Origin: an uncultured bacterium
GTDB taxonomy: Bacteria > Zixibacteria > MSB-5A5 > CAIYYT01
DNA length: 64,000 nt
NCBI GenBank assembly: GCA_963707485.1
Contig: CAVPQS010000034.1
Coordinates: 6,889-70,888, forward strand
Direction: 5' to 3'
The notes below the pieces were generated by a model that saw only the letters and a list, made by a program, of their open reading frames with translations, searched no databases and was not told where the DNA came from. Shown here piece by piece: positions 38,338-48,426 of the stretch. Positions within the stretch are counted from its first letter, which is position 1. Every line of letters starts with the position of its first letter. The translations under genes and the position numbers were made by a program.

Positions 38338-39246
38338 ATGTTGCGAAAATTGTTATTTGCGATTCTCTTGTTCATGTTTGGCGCGGCGACGTTACTGGCG
38401 GAAGAAGTCAATGTCGATTCGCTGATCGCGTTGCACTGGCAGAAGACAATGGCGCTGGATATAACTGCAGCACAGGCGGCCTATTCCGACTCATGGGTCG
38501 GCGGTGAGGCAGGGACTTTTGCGTGGGTGAGTAACCTGAATGCAAAGATGGAGCGGCGCTTCAGCCAGAAGTTCAATTTCAAATTGAACCTTCGGCTCGC
38601 TTTCGGCCAAACCACGGTTCAGGATGAGGAGAGCAAGAGCTGGAGCAAGCCGAAGAAGTCGACGGACTTGATCGACTGGGAAAACGTGGCGACATTTCCG
38701 TTGGAGGCATTCGTTGATCCGTATCTGGCGGTGAGGTTTGAAAGCCAGTTTCTTGACGCCTCAGTGGCCGAAAAGAAGCGTTACTTCAATCCCAAGAAGC
38801 TGACGTACTCGGGCGGCATTGCGCGAGTGTTTTATCGCAAGGAAAAGGGTGAATTGACGAGTCGGTTGGGAATGGCGCTGCGGCAACTAATGCATAACGA
38901 TATAGTTAATCTTGAGACCTTAGAAACGAAGAGTTCAACCGACACGGACGGCGGCATTGAGTCAGTGACTGATGCTCAATTTGAGTTGAGCAAGCGCGTA
39001 CAGTATATCGGCAAGCTCTCGATGTTTAAGGGGCTGTTTTCCTCAATTTCTGATGACGTTGAGGGCACGGAGTTTGAGGGATTTTGGAAGGCGGTCGACG
39101 TCAATTTTGAAAATACGTTAAAGGTTTCTGTCAGCAAGATCATGACGGTAATTCTGTATAACCAGTTTCTGTATGACAAAGAAATAACTAAGAAGGGCCG
39201 GATCAAACAGACGATGGGCGTGGGACTTACCTTTACGATGTGGTAG
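38338..39246 (+). CDS. DUF3078-like outer-membrane beta-barrel protein
   Basis: Signal peptide, QAAYSDSWVGG, FESQF, WENT-like FEN and YDKEI motifs, aromatic C-terminus. Confidence 0.7.
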   Translation: MLRKLLFAILLFMFGAATLLAEEVNVDSLIALHWQKTMALDITAAQAAYSDSWVGGEAGTFAWVSNLNAKMERRFSQKFNFKLNLRLAFGQTTVQDEESKSWSKPKKSTDLIDWENVATFPLEAFVDPYLAVRFESQFLDASVAEKKRYFNPKKLTYSGGIARVFYRKEKGELTSRLGMALRQLMHNDIVNLETLETKSSTDTDGGIESVTDAQFELSKRVQYIGKLSMFKGLFSSISDDVEGTEFEGFWKAVDVNFENTLKVSVSKIMTVILYNQFLYDKEITKKGRIKQTMGVGLTFTMW

Positions 39247-39326
39247 GCGGCAAGAAAACTGCAAAAAATAAGCGTTGCATTATGGCAGACATTTGCCGAA
39301 TCATTAATTTGAGGAGACAAATAGCG

Positions 39327-39647
39327 ATGTTTGTAGTTAGCGACAACGCACGGGAAAACATAGGCAAAGTACTGCAATCGCAACATGCTGCGGGCAAGAG
39401 CCTGGTGCTGTATTTGCAGGGCGCCGGCTGAAGCGGACCCCGGATGGGGATGACTCTGGAAGAGTCAGTAGATGGACTGGAGAAGCTTGAATCGAACGGA
39501 ATTACCGCGTATATCGAAAGCGGCCTGTACGAAACGATCAGCCAGCGCGGAAATATTTACGTTGAATTTGTCACAGATAAATTTGGCGGCAAGGGGTTTT
39601 CGATTGCGGTAAAACGCACGCCGCAGGAAAAGACCGACTGTTGTTAG
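39327..39647 (+). CDS. HesB/IscA-like selenoprotein (in-frame UGA at 39429-39431 inferred as Sec35)
   Basis: Track ORFs 39240..39431 and 39444..39647 share a frame. GAGGAG RBS and ATG 39327; the joined protein reads LQGAG-U-SGPRMGMTLEE, matching HesB-like GxG(C/U)(S/G)GP. Confidence 0.85.
39451..39467 (+). promoter_or_regulatory. Candidate bacterial SECIS hairpin
   Basis: TGACTCT-GGA-AGAGTCA: perfect 7-bp stem with a G-led loop starting 26 nt after the UGA. Confidence 0.6.
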
Positions 39648-39677
39648 GGTAAGGCGAAATACATGAAGACCACAACG

Positions 39678-39703
39678 CGGGCGTCGCTACGACGCCCGTT
39701 TTT
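39678..39703 (+). terminator. Intrinsic terminator after the HesB-like gene
   Basis: CGGGCGTCG-CTA-CGACGCCCG followed by TTTTT. Confidence 0.8.
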
Positions 39704-39711
39704 ATTTGGGT

Positions 39712-40365
39712 CTAAGACGGCTTGACGTCCATTTTTCGGATGAGATTGGCGCCTTCGACAATGGGGGGAATTCCACGGGCGATGCAGACAACCGCAGTAA
39801 CGATGGCGCTGACGTAACCGATTTGATAGCCGGTCGAGACGAACCGGTCGGTCAGGAACGGCAACTCGTGCCAGAGGCGGTCGAGACCGGAGATCAACAG
39901 CAACCAGCCAAAAGTGAAAGCTTTCAAGAGGGCATAACCGGTGCGCATGATCGGTGAGCCGGTCAAGAATTTGCCAATGGAACTTTGCATCATGGTTGTT
40001 TTGCCGAAAGCGGTAAATCCATACTGAAGGAGATAATTCCTTATACTGTCGGTGAGAATAGCGCGCGAAGTTACCGCGATGGGAATCCACACCGGCACCA
40101 GTTCGAGGTCGGCCAGGACGATCCAAAGCACAGTTTCGAGAATGCGATCGCCGGCGATATCGAGGACGCTGCCAAGTTGCGATTGTTCGTGCAGGCGCCG
40201 CGCCAGAAAGCCATCGAGCCAGTCGCCCACAATTACGAGGATAGCCAGGAAAGCGGCCAATAGGCGCGACCACATATTGTTGTCATAAACCAAGAGAACG
40301 AGCCAAAAGACAATCCCGATGCGGGCGATAGTCACGCGGTTCGCCCAAGAAATAATTCTCGCCAT
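39712..40365 (-). CDS. CDP-alcohol phosphatidyltransferase family protein (PgsA-like)
   Basis: ANRVTIARI and DWLDGFLAR...LGSVLDIAGDR signature. ATG 40365 behind GGAGG; the track's longer extension is antisense to the riboswitch. Confidence 0.88.
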   Translation of the reverse strand: MARIISWANRVTIARIGIVFWLVLLVYDNNMWSRLLAAFLAILVIVGDWLDGFLARRLHEQSQLGSVLDIAGDRILETVLWIVLADLELVPVWIPIAVTSRAILTDSIRNYLLQYGFTAFGKTTMMQSSIGKFLTGSPIMRTGYALLKAFTFGWLLLISGLDRLWHELPFLTDRFVSTGYQIGYVSAIVTAVVCIARGIPPIVEGANLIRKMDVKPS

Positions 40366-40495
40366 TCGATTCCTCCAAGTTATTGGGAATACTCCACTTG
40401 AGCATAGCCGGGTTAAATCGGGGGCACAAGATCTTCTGCGGAAACAAAAAAAGGCAAAATTGTCTTGACTAAAAACGTATAATAGACAGATTACA

Positions 40496-40612
40496 ATTGC
40501 CTTCGGGGTGAGGTGCAATTCCTCGATCGGCGGTAGAGCCCGCGAGTCCCGAGAGGGACAGAGCCGGAGAGTTTCCGGCGCCGACGGTATAGTCCGGATG
40601 GTAGAAGGCAAT
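40496..40612 (+). ncRNA. FMN riboswitch (RFN element)
   Basis: P1 ATTGCCTTC/GAAGGCAAT, plus GGGGTGAGGTGCAATTCC, GGCGGT..AGCCCGCG, CCGACGGTATAGTCCGGATG.TAGAAG consensus blocks, directly upstream of the rib operon. Confidence 0.95.
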
Positions 40613-40709
40613 CGACAGAGCAGCGGCGGAAAAGGTCCGTTATTGCGCTGTGTCGATTCAAGGCGGCGTGGTCTGCGATGTTTGGACTGTGCATGAGTCT
40701 TGAATAACC

Positions 40710-40735
40710 CCCGAAGGCGACTTCGGGATTTTTTT
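40710..40735 (+). terminator. Riboswitch-controlled intrinsic terminator (attenuator)
   Basis: CCCGAAG-GCGA-CTTCGGG-A-TTTTTTT immediately before the ribD ATG. Confidence 0.85.
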
Positions 40736-41743
40736 ATGGTATCTGCTGAGTACATGAAGCGCGCACTCGAACTGGCGGAAACGGCCCGGGGTAAGACCCG
40801 CACCAATCCGCTGGTGGGCGCGGTCATTGTCAAAGACGACCACATTATTGCCGAGGGCCGGCACAGAAGTTTTGGCTCGGATCATGCCGAAGTCGAAGCG
40901 ATCAAACTGGCCGGAGACTTGGCAGCCGATGCCGATCTTTATGTAACCCTCGAACCATGCAACCATTTTGGCAAGACGCCGCCATGCGTTGAGGCGGTAA
41001 AATCAGCGGGAATAAAGCGCGTTATCGCAGCGACGGTTGACCCGAATCCGGTTGTGAACGGCGCCGGGATACGCGAATTGCAGAGCGCCGGTGTCGAGGT
41101 GATCACCGGTATCTGTGAGCAAGAAGCACGGCGTTTGAATGAAGTCTATTTCAAGCACATAGTTACCGGGCTGCCTTTTGTTACGATCAAGATAGCGCAG
41201 ACGCTGGACGGGTATATTGCAGATACTCAGTCGCAATCGAAGTGGATTACGTCCGCGGAGGCTCGCAATCGAGTGCATCAACTACGGTCGCAGGTGGATG
41301 CCGTGCTGATAGGCGCGAATACAGCGCGAGTCGATGATCCGGTTCTCTCCAGTCATGGGGTCGGCAATGACCCGCTGCGGATCGTGCTAACGAATGGCGG
41401 AAATCTTCCACAACAACTCAAATTGAATGATAGAAATACGGGTGGCCGGACAATGGTTGTCGGCACCGAGAGTGGTTCGACGCTGCAGGAGAAATTGCGC
41501 AGGCTGGGCAAGAACGGAGTCACGCACATGCTGGTCGAGGGCGGCAGCAGTGTGTTTACGCAGTTTATCGACGCGCGACTGGCGGACAAGTTCATTTTCG
41601 TGATTGCGGCAAAGTTGCTGGGGGCGGGGATTCCGGCCTATCACAGCCTTGTGAGTCGCGAGATTGACAAGAGCCTCAAGTTGCGTTTTGCGCAGGTTGA
41701 GCAAATTGGCGGCGATCTTTGGATAGAGGCCTATCCGGAGTAA
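40736..41743 (+). CDS. ribD: Bifunctional pyrimidine deaminase/reductase RibD
   Basis: NPLVGAV, HAE, TLEPC..KTPPC, AQTLDG, KWIT and VEGG motifs. Start is ATG 40736 or 40754. Confidence 0.95.
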   Translation: MVSAEYMKRALELAETARGKTRTNPLVGAVIVKDDHIIAEGRHRSFGSDHAEVEAIKLAGDLAADADLYVTLEPCNHFGKTPPCVEAVKSAGIKRVIAATVDPNPVVNGAGIRELQSAGVEVITGICEQEARRLNEVYFKHIVTGLPFVTIKIAQTLDGYIADTQSQSKWITSAEARNRVHQLRSQVDAVLIGANTARVDDPVLSSHGVGNDPLRIVLTNGGNLPQQLKLNDRNTGGRTMVVGTESGSTLQEKLRRLGKNGVTHMLVEGGSSVFTQFIDARLADKFIFVIAAKLLGAGIPAYHSLVSREIDKSLKLRFAQVEQIGGDLWIEAYPE

Positions 41744-41748
41744 AGACG

Positions 41749-42390
41749 ATGTTCACGGGAATAATACAAGATATCGGACGAATCGCAGTGGTGCGCAAGC
41801 AACGCGAAATCACGCACTTGTCGATTGAGAGTAAGTTGGTTGATGAGACTCTGCGCATTGGCGATTCGATCGCGATTTCGGGCGTTTGCCTGACGGCGAC
41901 GAGCGTCGCTGTTAATTCGCGACTGGTCAATGTGTCCGCGGCGCCGGAGACGCTGAAGCGAACTTCGTTGTCGAGACTGACTCAGGGATCGCGAGTCAAT
42001 TTGGAGCTGGCGCTGCGTCCGTCGGACCGACTCGGAGGTCATTTCGTGCAGGGACACGTTGACGCCATCGGCAGGTGCGACCATATCGCGCAGGGAAGTG
42101 AAAGCTGGGAGATGGCTTTCACATTTCCCGAAGAGTTCGCTGAACTGGTGGTGGACAAGGGTTCGATATCAATCGACGGTGTCAGCTTGACGGCTTACGA
42201 ATGTTCAGCACGCGATTTTAAGGCCAGCGTTATTCCGCATACGCTGGCTGCGACGACACTGAAGGATCTGACGGTCGGAACAGAAGTGAATTTGGAATTC
42301 GATATAATTGGAAAATACGTTCAGCGAATTATGCAACGGTCGGAAGCTGAACCACTGAGCATTCAGAAGCTCAAGGACCTTGGATATTAA
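41749..42390 (+). CDS. ribE: Riboflavin synthase (alpha subunit)
   Basis: MFTGII N-terminus, GVCLT, GGHFVQGHVD and KGSISIDGVSLT motifs. Confidence 0.96.
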   Translation: MFTGIIQDIGRIAVVRKQREITHLSIESKLVDETLRIGDSIAISGVCLTATSVAVNSRLVNVSAAPETLKRTSLSRLTQGSRVNLELALRPSDRLGGHFVQGHVDAIGRCDHIAQGSESWEMAFTFPEEFAELVVDKGSISIDGVSLTAYECSARDFKASVIPHTLAATTLKDLTVGTEVNLEFDIIGKYVQRIMQRSEAEPLSIQKLKDLGY

Positions 42391-42419
42391 TTCAACTCAT
42401 ATAAACGGGAGTAACGACT

Positions 42420-43673
42420 ATGCCTAATGTCACATTGAAGCGCGACGAGCAGAATCTCTTCGATGATGTGGCAGCAGCTATTGGCGACATTCGCTCTGGA
42501 AAGATTGTAATAGTTGTCGATGACGAGGACCGCGAAAACGAGGGCGACTTTGTCATGGCGGCCGACAAAGCCACGCCGGAAGCGGTCAATTTCATGATCA
42601 CGCATGGGCGCGGGCTCTTGTGTGTCTCGCTGACGCGGGACATCATCAAGAAACTAAAGCTCGGTCCGATGACGCACGAAAACACGGCGCTGCTGGGAAC
42701 GCGGTTTACGATCAGTGTCGATGCGGTGAAAAACACGAGTACCGGCATCTCGGCGTTTGATCGCGCTGAGACGATTCGCCAGATTATGTTGGATGAATCC
42801 CGACCGGAGGACCTGGCCCGTCCCGGGCATGTATTTCCAATCGAGGCGATGCCGGGCGGCGTATTGGCGCGCGCCGGACACAGCGAGGCATCCGTTGATT
42901 TGGCGCGATTAGCAGGGATGCGATCGGGCGCGGTGTTGTGCGAGATCATGTCTTCGGACGGAACGATGGCGCGGGTGAACGAATTGCGGGGAATTGCCGA
43001 CCGTTTTGGTCTAAAATTGATTACTATCAAGGATCTGATTGCCTATCGGCACAAGCATGAGAACCTGGTGCACAAGATTGTGGACGTCGATTTTCCAACC
43101 GAGCACGGTAATTTTCGACTTCACTTGTATCGGTCGGAAATAGACGATCATCATCATCTCGCGCTGGTGAAGGGAAAGGTAGCGGGCGAACAGAACGTGC
43201 TGGTGCGCGTCCATTCGCAGTGCTTGACCGGCGATGTGTTTTCATCGAGCCGCTGTGATTGCGGGGATCAACTGCGCGCGGCAATGCAAATGATCGAGAA
43301 ACAAGGATCAGGCGTATTACTGTACATGCGACAAGAGGGCCGCGGCATCGGACTGGCCAATAAGATACTTGCATACAGTTTGCAAGACAAGGGGCGCGAC
43401 ACGGTTGAGGCGAACAATGACCTCGGGTTTAAAGATGACTTGCGCGACTACGGTATCGGTGCGCAAGTGCTGTCTGATTTGGGGCTGACGACGATTCGAT
43501 TAATTACTAATAATCCGCGCAAAATCATCGGACTCGAGGGCTATGGCCTGAAAGTCACGGAGCGCGTTTCTTCAATTATTCCTCCGACTAAACATAATGC
43601 CCGCTATTTGGAGACCAAGCGCGACAAGCTGGGTCATTTGTTGGGTATGATGCATGAGGTGCATAATGGGTAA
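42420..43673 (+). CDS. ribBA: Bifunctional DHBP synthase/GTP cyclohydrolase II
   Basis: [38 protein letters not shown] and TNNPRK motifs. Confidence 0.97.
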   Translation: MPNVTLKRDEQNLFDDVAAAIGDIRSGKIVIVVDDEDRENEGDFVMAADKATPEAVNFMITHGRGLLCVSLTRDIIKKLKLGPMTHENTALLGTRFTISVDAVKNTSTGISAFDRAETIRQIMLDESRPEDLARPGHVFPIEAMPGGVLARAGHSEASVDLARLAGMRSGAVLCEIMSSDGTMARVNELRGIADRFGLKLITIKDLIAYRHKHENLVHKIVDVDFPTEHGNFRLHLYRSEIDDHHHLALVKGKVAGEQNVLVRVHSQCLTGDVFSSSRCDCGDQLRAAMQMIEKQGSGVLLYMRQEGRGIGLANKILAYSLQDKGRDTVEANNDLGFKDDLRDYGIGAQVLSDLGLTTIRLITNNPRKIIGLEGYGLKVTERVSSIIPPTKHNARYLETKRDKLGHLLGMMHEVHNG

Positions 43674-44133
43674 GGTTTTCAAGGGTGATTTAGTTGTACG
43701 CGACAAGAAGTTCGCGATTTGTGTAGCGCGATTCAATTCGCTTTTGACCGAGCGGCTGCTTGAGGGCGCCAAAGATTGTCTCAGTCGTCATGGCGCGACA
43801 CTGGAGGCGATCGACGAGTTTTGGGTGCCGGGGTCGTTTGAGCTTCCGTATATCGCGGCGAAAGTTGCAGCGAACAAGCGCTATGATGCGGTGATCTGTG
43901 TTGGCGCGGTCATACGCGGCGACACTCCGCATTTTGAATACATCGCGGCGGAAGTGACCAAGGGCATCGCGGCGATCTCGCTGCAGACGGGAGTACCGGT
44001 GATTTACGGAGTGATTACTTGCGACACGATTGAGCAGGGAATTGAACGGGCAGGGACAAAAGCCGGCAACAAGGGGTGGGATGCCGCCATGTCGGCAATT
44101 GAGATGGTAAACCTCTACGAAGCGACTTCATAA
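43666..44133 (+). CDS. ribH: 6,7-dimethyl-8-ribityllumazine synthase
   Basis: [23 protein letters not shown] and GNKGWDAA motifs. Confidence 0.97.
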   Translation: MGKVFKGDLVVRDKKFAICVARFNSLLTERLLEGAKDCLSRHGATLEAIDEFWVPGSFELPYIAAKVAANKRYDAVICVGAVIRGDTPHFEYIAAEVTKGIAAISLQTGVPVIYGVITCDTIEQGIERAGTKAGNKGWDAAMSAIEMVNLYEATS

Positions 44134-44135
44134 GA

Positions 44136-44561
44136 ATGGGACAACGCAAAAAAGCCAGGGAATTGGCGCTGAAATGCCTGTATGCTTACGAGTCAACGGG
44201 TCAAGAGGTCAACGATGTCTGTGAGTCTTTGATCAAGACCTCGGACCTGGACGAAGAATCGGTCGTGTACGCCGACCGCTTGTTCCGGAAAGTGGTGGAG
44301 TCGTTGCGCGAATTGGATATTAATATCGAGCGCTTCTCGCAGAATTGGCGAATCGACAGGATCGCGATGGTCGACAAGAATATTTTGCGATTGGCGATTT
44401 GCGAATTGGTGAGTTTTCCGGACATTCCGGCGCGGGTGGCGATCAACGAGGGTGTGGAACTGGCGAAAAAGTACTCTTCGCAGGAGTCCTCGCGCTTCGT
44501 CAATGGATTGCTGGATGCCGTTAATAAGCATCTGGAGAAAGAACCGCTGCCGAAAGAATAG
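44136..44561 (+). CDS. nusB: Transcription antitermination factor NusB
   Basis: RKKARELA, WRIDRIAMVDKNILR, INEGVELAK and FVNGLLD motifs; conserved ribH-nusB linkage. Confidence 0.96.
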   Translation: MGQRKKARELALKCLYAYESTGQEVNDVCESLIKTSDLDEESVVYADRLFRKVVESLRELDINIERFSQNWRIDRIAMVDKNILRLAICELVSFPDIPARVAINEGVELAKKYSSQESSRFVNGLLDAVNKHLEKEPLPKE

Positions 44562-44766
44562 ACCGGCAAAGGTGTGACTTCCGTCGTGGGCAAAGTTCCT
44601 CCGACCTTGTTCGAACATTTGACAAAAGGGTTGATATCGCGGTCCGATTTTTCCTTTGGCATGAGGCGGGTTTGTGCGTATATTCCGCGCCAAATTAATT
44701 CGTCCATGTTCATCCGTCGCGGGTATATCATCTTACAAATAAGGCCGTGACGTTGAGGAGGTTACA

Positions 44767-47286
44767 TTGTCCATTTCCGCAGGGAACTTTGATACCAAGA
44801 AAATAGACAAAGTGAATTTAGGGCTGGGTCTGTTTGTCTTTTTCTTTTCATTCATAATCTACCTGATGACGGTTCAACGCACGTTCTCGTTTTGGGACTG
44901 CGGCGAGTTCGTCGCTTGTTCATATATCCTTGGAGTTCCCCATCCTCCCGGAACACCGCTGTTTATTCTAATCGGCAGGATATTTTCGTTGCTGCCGATT
45001 GCGTCGGATATCGGTTTTCGCATAAACATCCTTTCGGTCGTCAGCACGGCAATGGCTTCGATGTTCGGTTATTTCGTGATCGTGAAGTTGGTGCGCGATT
45101 GGTTCGGCGATCCGATCGAAGGAATCCGCAAAGTCGGGATTTACGCCGGCGCCGTTATCGGCGCGCTGTTGATGGCGTTTTCGACCACAAACTGGAATTC
45201 GGCGGTCGAAGCTGAGGTCTACGGCTTGTCGATGTTGATGATCACAATGTTGATTTGGCTGACGCTGATTTGGTCGGACAAGCGCGGGACGCCGGAAGCG
45301 ACGAAGTACCTGGTCTTGATATTTTTCCTCGCGGTATTGTCAACTGCCGTGCATCTGACGGTGTACTTGATTATGCCGTTCATAGTGCTCATGATGTTGT
45401 TGCTGGACGAATCGCTGCGGAAGAATTGGGTGTTTCTGATAACCGCATTGGTTCTTTTGTGGCCGGTCAAGTCGCTTGTCGAGTTCATGTACATCGGCGC
45501 CGCATGGGCTGCGATCGTAACATTGTTGTTTTTGTTTATTCATAACCGCAGGCTGACGACGCTCCCGTTTCTGATCATGATTGCATCCGGCATTGCATTC
45601 AGCAGCCAATTCTATATCCCGGTTCGCGCGGCCGAGAAGCCGGCAATTAACGAAAATGCACCGGCAACCTGGAAGAGTTTTGAGGATTTCCTCGAACGCA
45701 AACAGTACGGCCAGATGTCAATGGTCGACCGCATGTTCACGCGTCGCGGTTCGTGGGCGAATCAGTTTGGCACGCATCCGCGGATGGGTTTCTGGGGATT
45801 TTTCCAGGATCAATACGGCTTGTCGGGAGCGAAATTCCTGATGTTTCTCTTTCCGTTAGGATTGCTCGGACTGCTTGAGCCTATAATGCGGCGATGGCAA
45901 AAGGGACTACCGTTTTTCCTAATGGTCTTTGCGGCGACGGCGGGGCTGGTAATTTACATGAATTTTGCGGACGGGACGCTGCCGAATGTGATACCGGGGG
46001 ATGATGCGGGGCTGGAGGTGCGCGATCGAGATTATTTCTGGCAGCCCGGGTTTATTTTGTTCGGGATGGCGATCGGCATGGGAGTTATCGTGATCTGGGA
46101 TTGGGTTTACTCTTTCCTGAGCAAGCGCGGCATGGAAAAGTTGACGTATGCGCTGCTTGCATTTCTAATCCTGCCAGTTAATGCGATTCGCGCGAGCTAT
46201 CACGAGAACGACAGATCGAACAACTACATATCGTATGATTACGCTTACAATTTGCTGATGTCGGCGGATTCGAATGCGGTGGTATTTACGAACGGCGACA
46301 ACAACACATTCCCGGTCTGGGCTTTGCAGGAAGTTTACGGTGTGCGCAAAGACGTCCGGATTGCAAATTTATCGTTGCTGAATACCGACTGGTACATCAA
46401 GCAGTTGAAGAATGAAATGGGAGTACCGATCAGCCTGACCGATGCGCAGATCGAGGCCTTGCGTCACGGGCGCTATCCCGACGGAAGAATCTACAGAGTC
46501 CAGGACCAGTTGATCGACAACATCATCGAAACATCGCGATTCCAAACGCCGATTCATTTTGCGGTAACGGTTTCGCAAGACAATCGCCTGTTCCGAATGA
46601 ATTCGATAGAGGACCACTTGGAAATGAAGGGGATGATGTTCAGGCTCAAGCGCGAGACAGGCGACAATATGATCGATGTCGAGGCGACGCGCGACCTGTA
46701 CACGAATGTTTTCAAGTATCGCGGGGTTGCCGACTCTTCGGTATACAAGGATGAAAACGCAGCGAGACTTACGAACAACTATTCGGCGGGATTTTTGTAC
46801 ACAGCCGAAGAGATGCGCAAGCGCGGGGATATGCAGGGTGCGATTGAAATGGTTAATCTCTCGATCAAGGTCGTGCCGGGCGAGTGGCGGAGTTATGCGT
46901 ACTTGATGCAAATCTATGCCGATATGGATTCGTTGGGCAAGGTAGAAGAGCTGCTTCAAACAGCGCCTCCGGAAGTTGATCCGCAGTCGATGTGGCAGAC
47001 TCTGGCCAGCGACATGATCAGGCGAGGGCAGAAGGACAGAGCCGTCAAAATGCTGACTGAACGGCTCGCTGAAGATCCGCATTTTGAAGGAGCATACAAG
47101 CAACTGTTGAGCATCTATTTCAAGGACACTCTGGTAGATAGCATGGAGAGCTTGCTCAATCGCTGGATTGCACAAAATCCTTCGGACACGGAAGCGATCG
47201 GCGCGATGCAGGATGTCCAGGCGCTCAAGGAAACGACGACCGGCGTCAGGTTGCGCAAACTCGAAGTACCAGATACTTCAAAGTAG
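44767..47286 (+). CDS. DUF2723 GT-C membrane protein (TMEM260-like) with C-terminal TPR-like region
   Basis: SFWDCGEF, GVPHPPGTPLF, AEVYGL, RDRDYF and FTNGDNNTFPVW motifs. Confidence 0.88.
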   Translation: MSISAGNFDTKKIDKVNLGLGLFVFFFSFIIYLMTVQRTFSFWDCGEFVACSYILGVPHPPGTPLFILIGRIFSLLPIASDIGFRINILSVVSTAMASMFGYFVIVKLVRDWFGDPIEGIRKVGIYAGAVIGALLMAFSTTNWNSAVEAEVYGLSMLMITMLIWLTLIWSDKRGTPEATKYLVLIFFLAVLSTAVHLTVYLIMPFIVLMMLLLDESLRKNWVFLITALVLLWPVKSLVEFMYIGAAWAAIVTLLFLFIHNRRLTTLPFLIMIASGIAFSSQFYIPVRAAEKPAINENAPATWKSFEDFLERKQYGQMSMVDRMFTRRGSWANQFGTHPRMGFWGFFQDQYGLSGAKFLMFLFPLGLLGLLEPIMRRWQKGLPFFLMVFAATAGLVIYMNFADGTLPNVIPGDDAGLEVRDRDYFWQPGFILFGMAIGMGVIVIWDWVYSFLSKRGMEKLTYALLAFLILPVNAIRASYHENDRSNNYISYDYAYNLLMSADSNAVVFTNGDNNTFPVWALQEVYGVRKDVRIANLSLLNTDWYIKQLKNEMGVPISLTDAQIEALRHGRYPDGRIYRVQDQLIDNIIETSRFQTPIHFAVTVSQDNRLFRMNSIEDHLEMKGMMFRLKRETGDNMIDVEATRDLYTNVFKYRGVADSSVYKDENAARLTNNYSAGFLYTAEEMRKRGDMQGAIEMVNLSIKVVPGEWRSYAYLMQIYADMDSLGKVEELLQTAPPEVDPQSMWQTLASDMIRRGQKDRAVKMLTERLAEDPHFEGAYKQLLSIYFKDTLVDSMESLLNRWIAQNPSDTEAIGAMQDVQALKETTTGVRLRKLEVPDTSK

Positions 47287-47301
47287 TCCACGGTAGCGCA
47301 A

Positions 47302-48426
47302 TTGCGAATTCTGGCGGTCAACTGGCAGGACGTCACGAACCCATTAGGGGGCGGCGCCGAGGTCCATATCGAGGAGATACTCAAGCGTGTAGCCTCATGG
47401 GGACACAGTGTAACGCTTGCTTGCTCGAACTATCCCAACGGCAGAGAGCGCGAGGAGCGCGACGGGCTGGTGATTCGCCGGCGCGGATCGCGACAGAATT
47501 TCAATTTCGTGACGCCGGGACTGGTGAAAGAAATCCTGCGCGAAGCGGAATACGATCTCATCGTTGAAGACATCAACAAGATTCCATTTTATCTTCCGCT
47601 CTGGCAAAAGCGCCCGCATTTGGCGGTGATTCCGCATCTGTTCGGGAAGAACATCTACCAGGAAGCGAATGCGATAGTAGCGAGCTACGTTTATTTTGCC
47701 GAGAAACCGATTCCGCGCGTTTACCGGCATTCGCGCTTTCTGGCGATCAGTAACTCGACGCGTGATGACCTGGTCTCGCGCGGGATAGAGCGCGAGAATA
47801 TTGATGTTGCTGAATGCGGGGTCGATCATTCGATCTACAAAGTTGATTCGGCGACGCAGCGATATTCCGAACCGACGATTCTATATCTCGGCCGCCTCAA
47901 AAAGTACAAATCGGTTCACCATGTAATTGCCGCGATGCCGCAAATTCGCAAGTCGGTCGCGAAGGCGAGGCTTCTAATTGTCGGAAGCGGGGATCATCTC
48001 AACGAACTTAAGGCACTGGCGGAGAAGTTGGCATTGGGCGACTGCGTTGAGTTCGTCGGGTTTGTTTCGGAAAAAGAGAAACTTGAATACTTGCGCCGAT
48101 CGCATGTGTCTGTGTATCCTTCTCCCAAGGAGGGATGGGGAATTACCAATATCGAAGCAAATGCCTGCGGCACGCCGGTTGTGGCGGCGAATTCGCCCGG
48201 TTTGCGGGATTCAGTCAGCGACGGCAAGTCGGGATTGCTATACGAGTACGGCGACGTCGATCAGCTATCAAGTCAGATTGTCAAGCTCTTGAGTGATCAG
48301 ACGAAGCACGAGTGCATGAGCAAATCGGCAGTGGAGTGGGCGCAGAGATTTACCTGGGATGATTGCGCGCAGCGGTCGTTTGCGGCGATGGAGCGGACAG
48401 TAGCCGAGTGGGGACGCCGTGGGTAA
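47302..48426 (+). CDS. Glycosyltransferase family 4
   Basis: GGGAEVH, YLGRLKKYK and EGWGITNIEANACG motifs. Confidence 0.92.
   Translation: MRILAVNWQDVTNPLGGGAEVHIEEILKRVASWGHSVTLACSNYPNGREREERDGLVIRRRGSRQNFNFVTPGLVKEILREAEYDLIVEDINKIPFYLPLWQKRPHLAVIPHLFGKNIYQEANAIVASYVYFAEKPIPRVYRHSRFLAISNSTRDDLVSRGIERENIDVAECGVDHSIYKVDSATQRYSEPTILYLGRLKKYKSVHHVIAAMPQIRKSVAKARLLIVGSGDHLNELKALAEKLALGDCVEFVGFVSEKEKLEYLRRSHVSVYPSPKEGWGITNIEANACGTPVVAANSPGLRDSVSDGKSGLLYEYGDVDQLSSQIVKLLSDQTKHECMSKSAVEWAQRFTWDDCAQRSFAAMERTVAEWGRRG

Noticed and set aside
39429-39431. UGA read-through explained by an alternative genetic code (UGA = Trp or Gly)
   Set aside because: Many clear genes here end in TGA at the expected C-terminus (for example 778-780 and 35884-35886), and Trp is encoded by TGG. 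Site-specific Sec fits better.
40366-40845. 160-aa N-terminal extension of the CDP-alcohol phosphatidyltransferase
   Set aside because: It is antisense to the FMN riboswitch and the ribD start; the real start is ATG 40365 with a GGAGG RBS.
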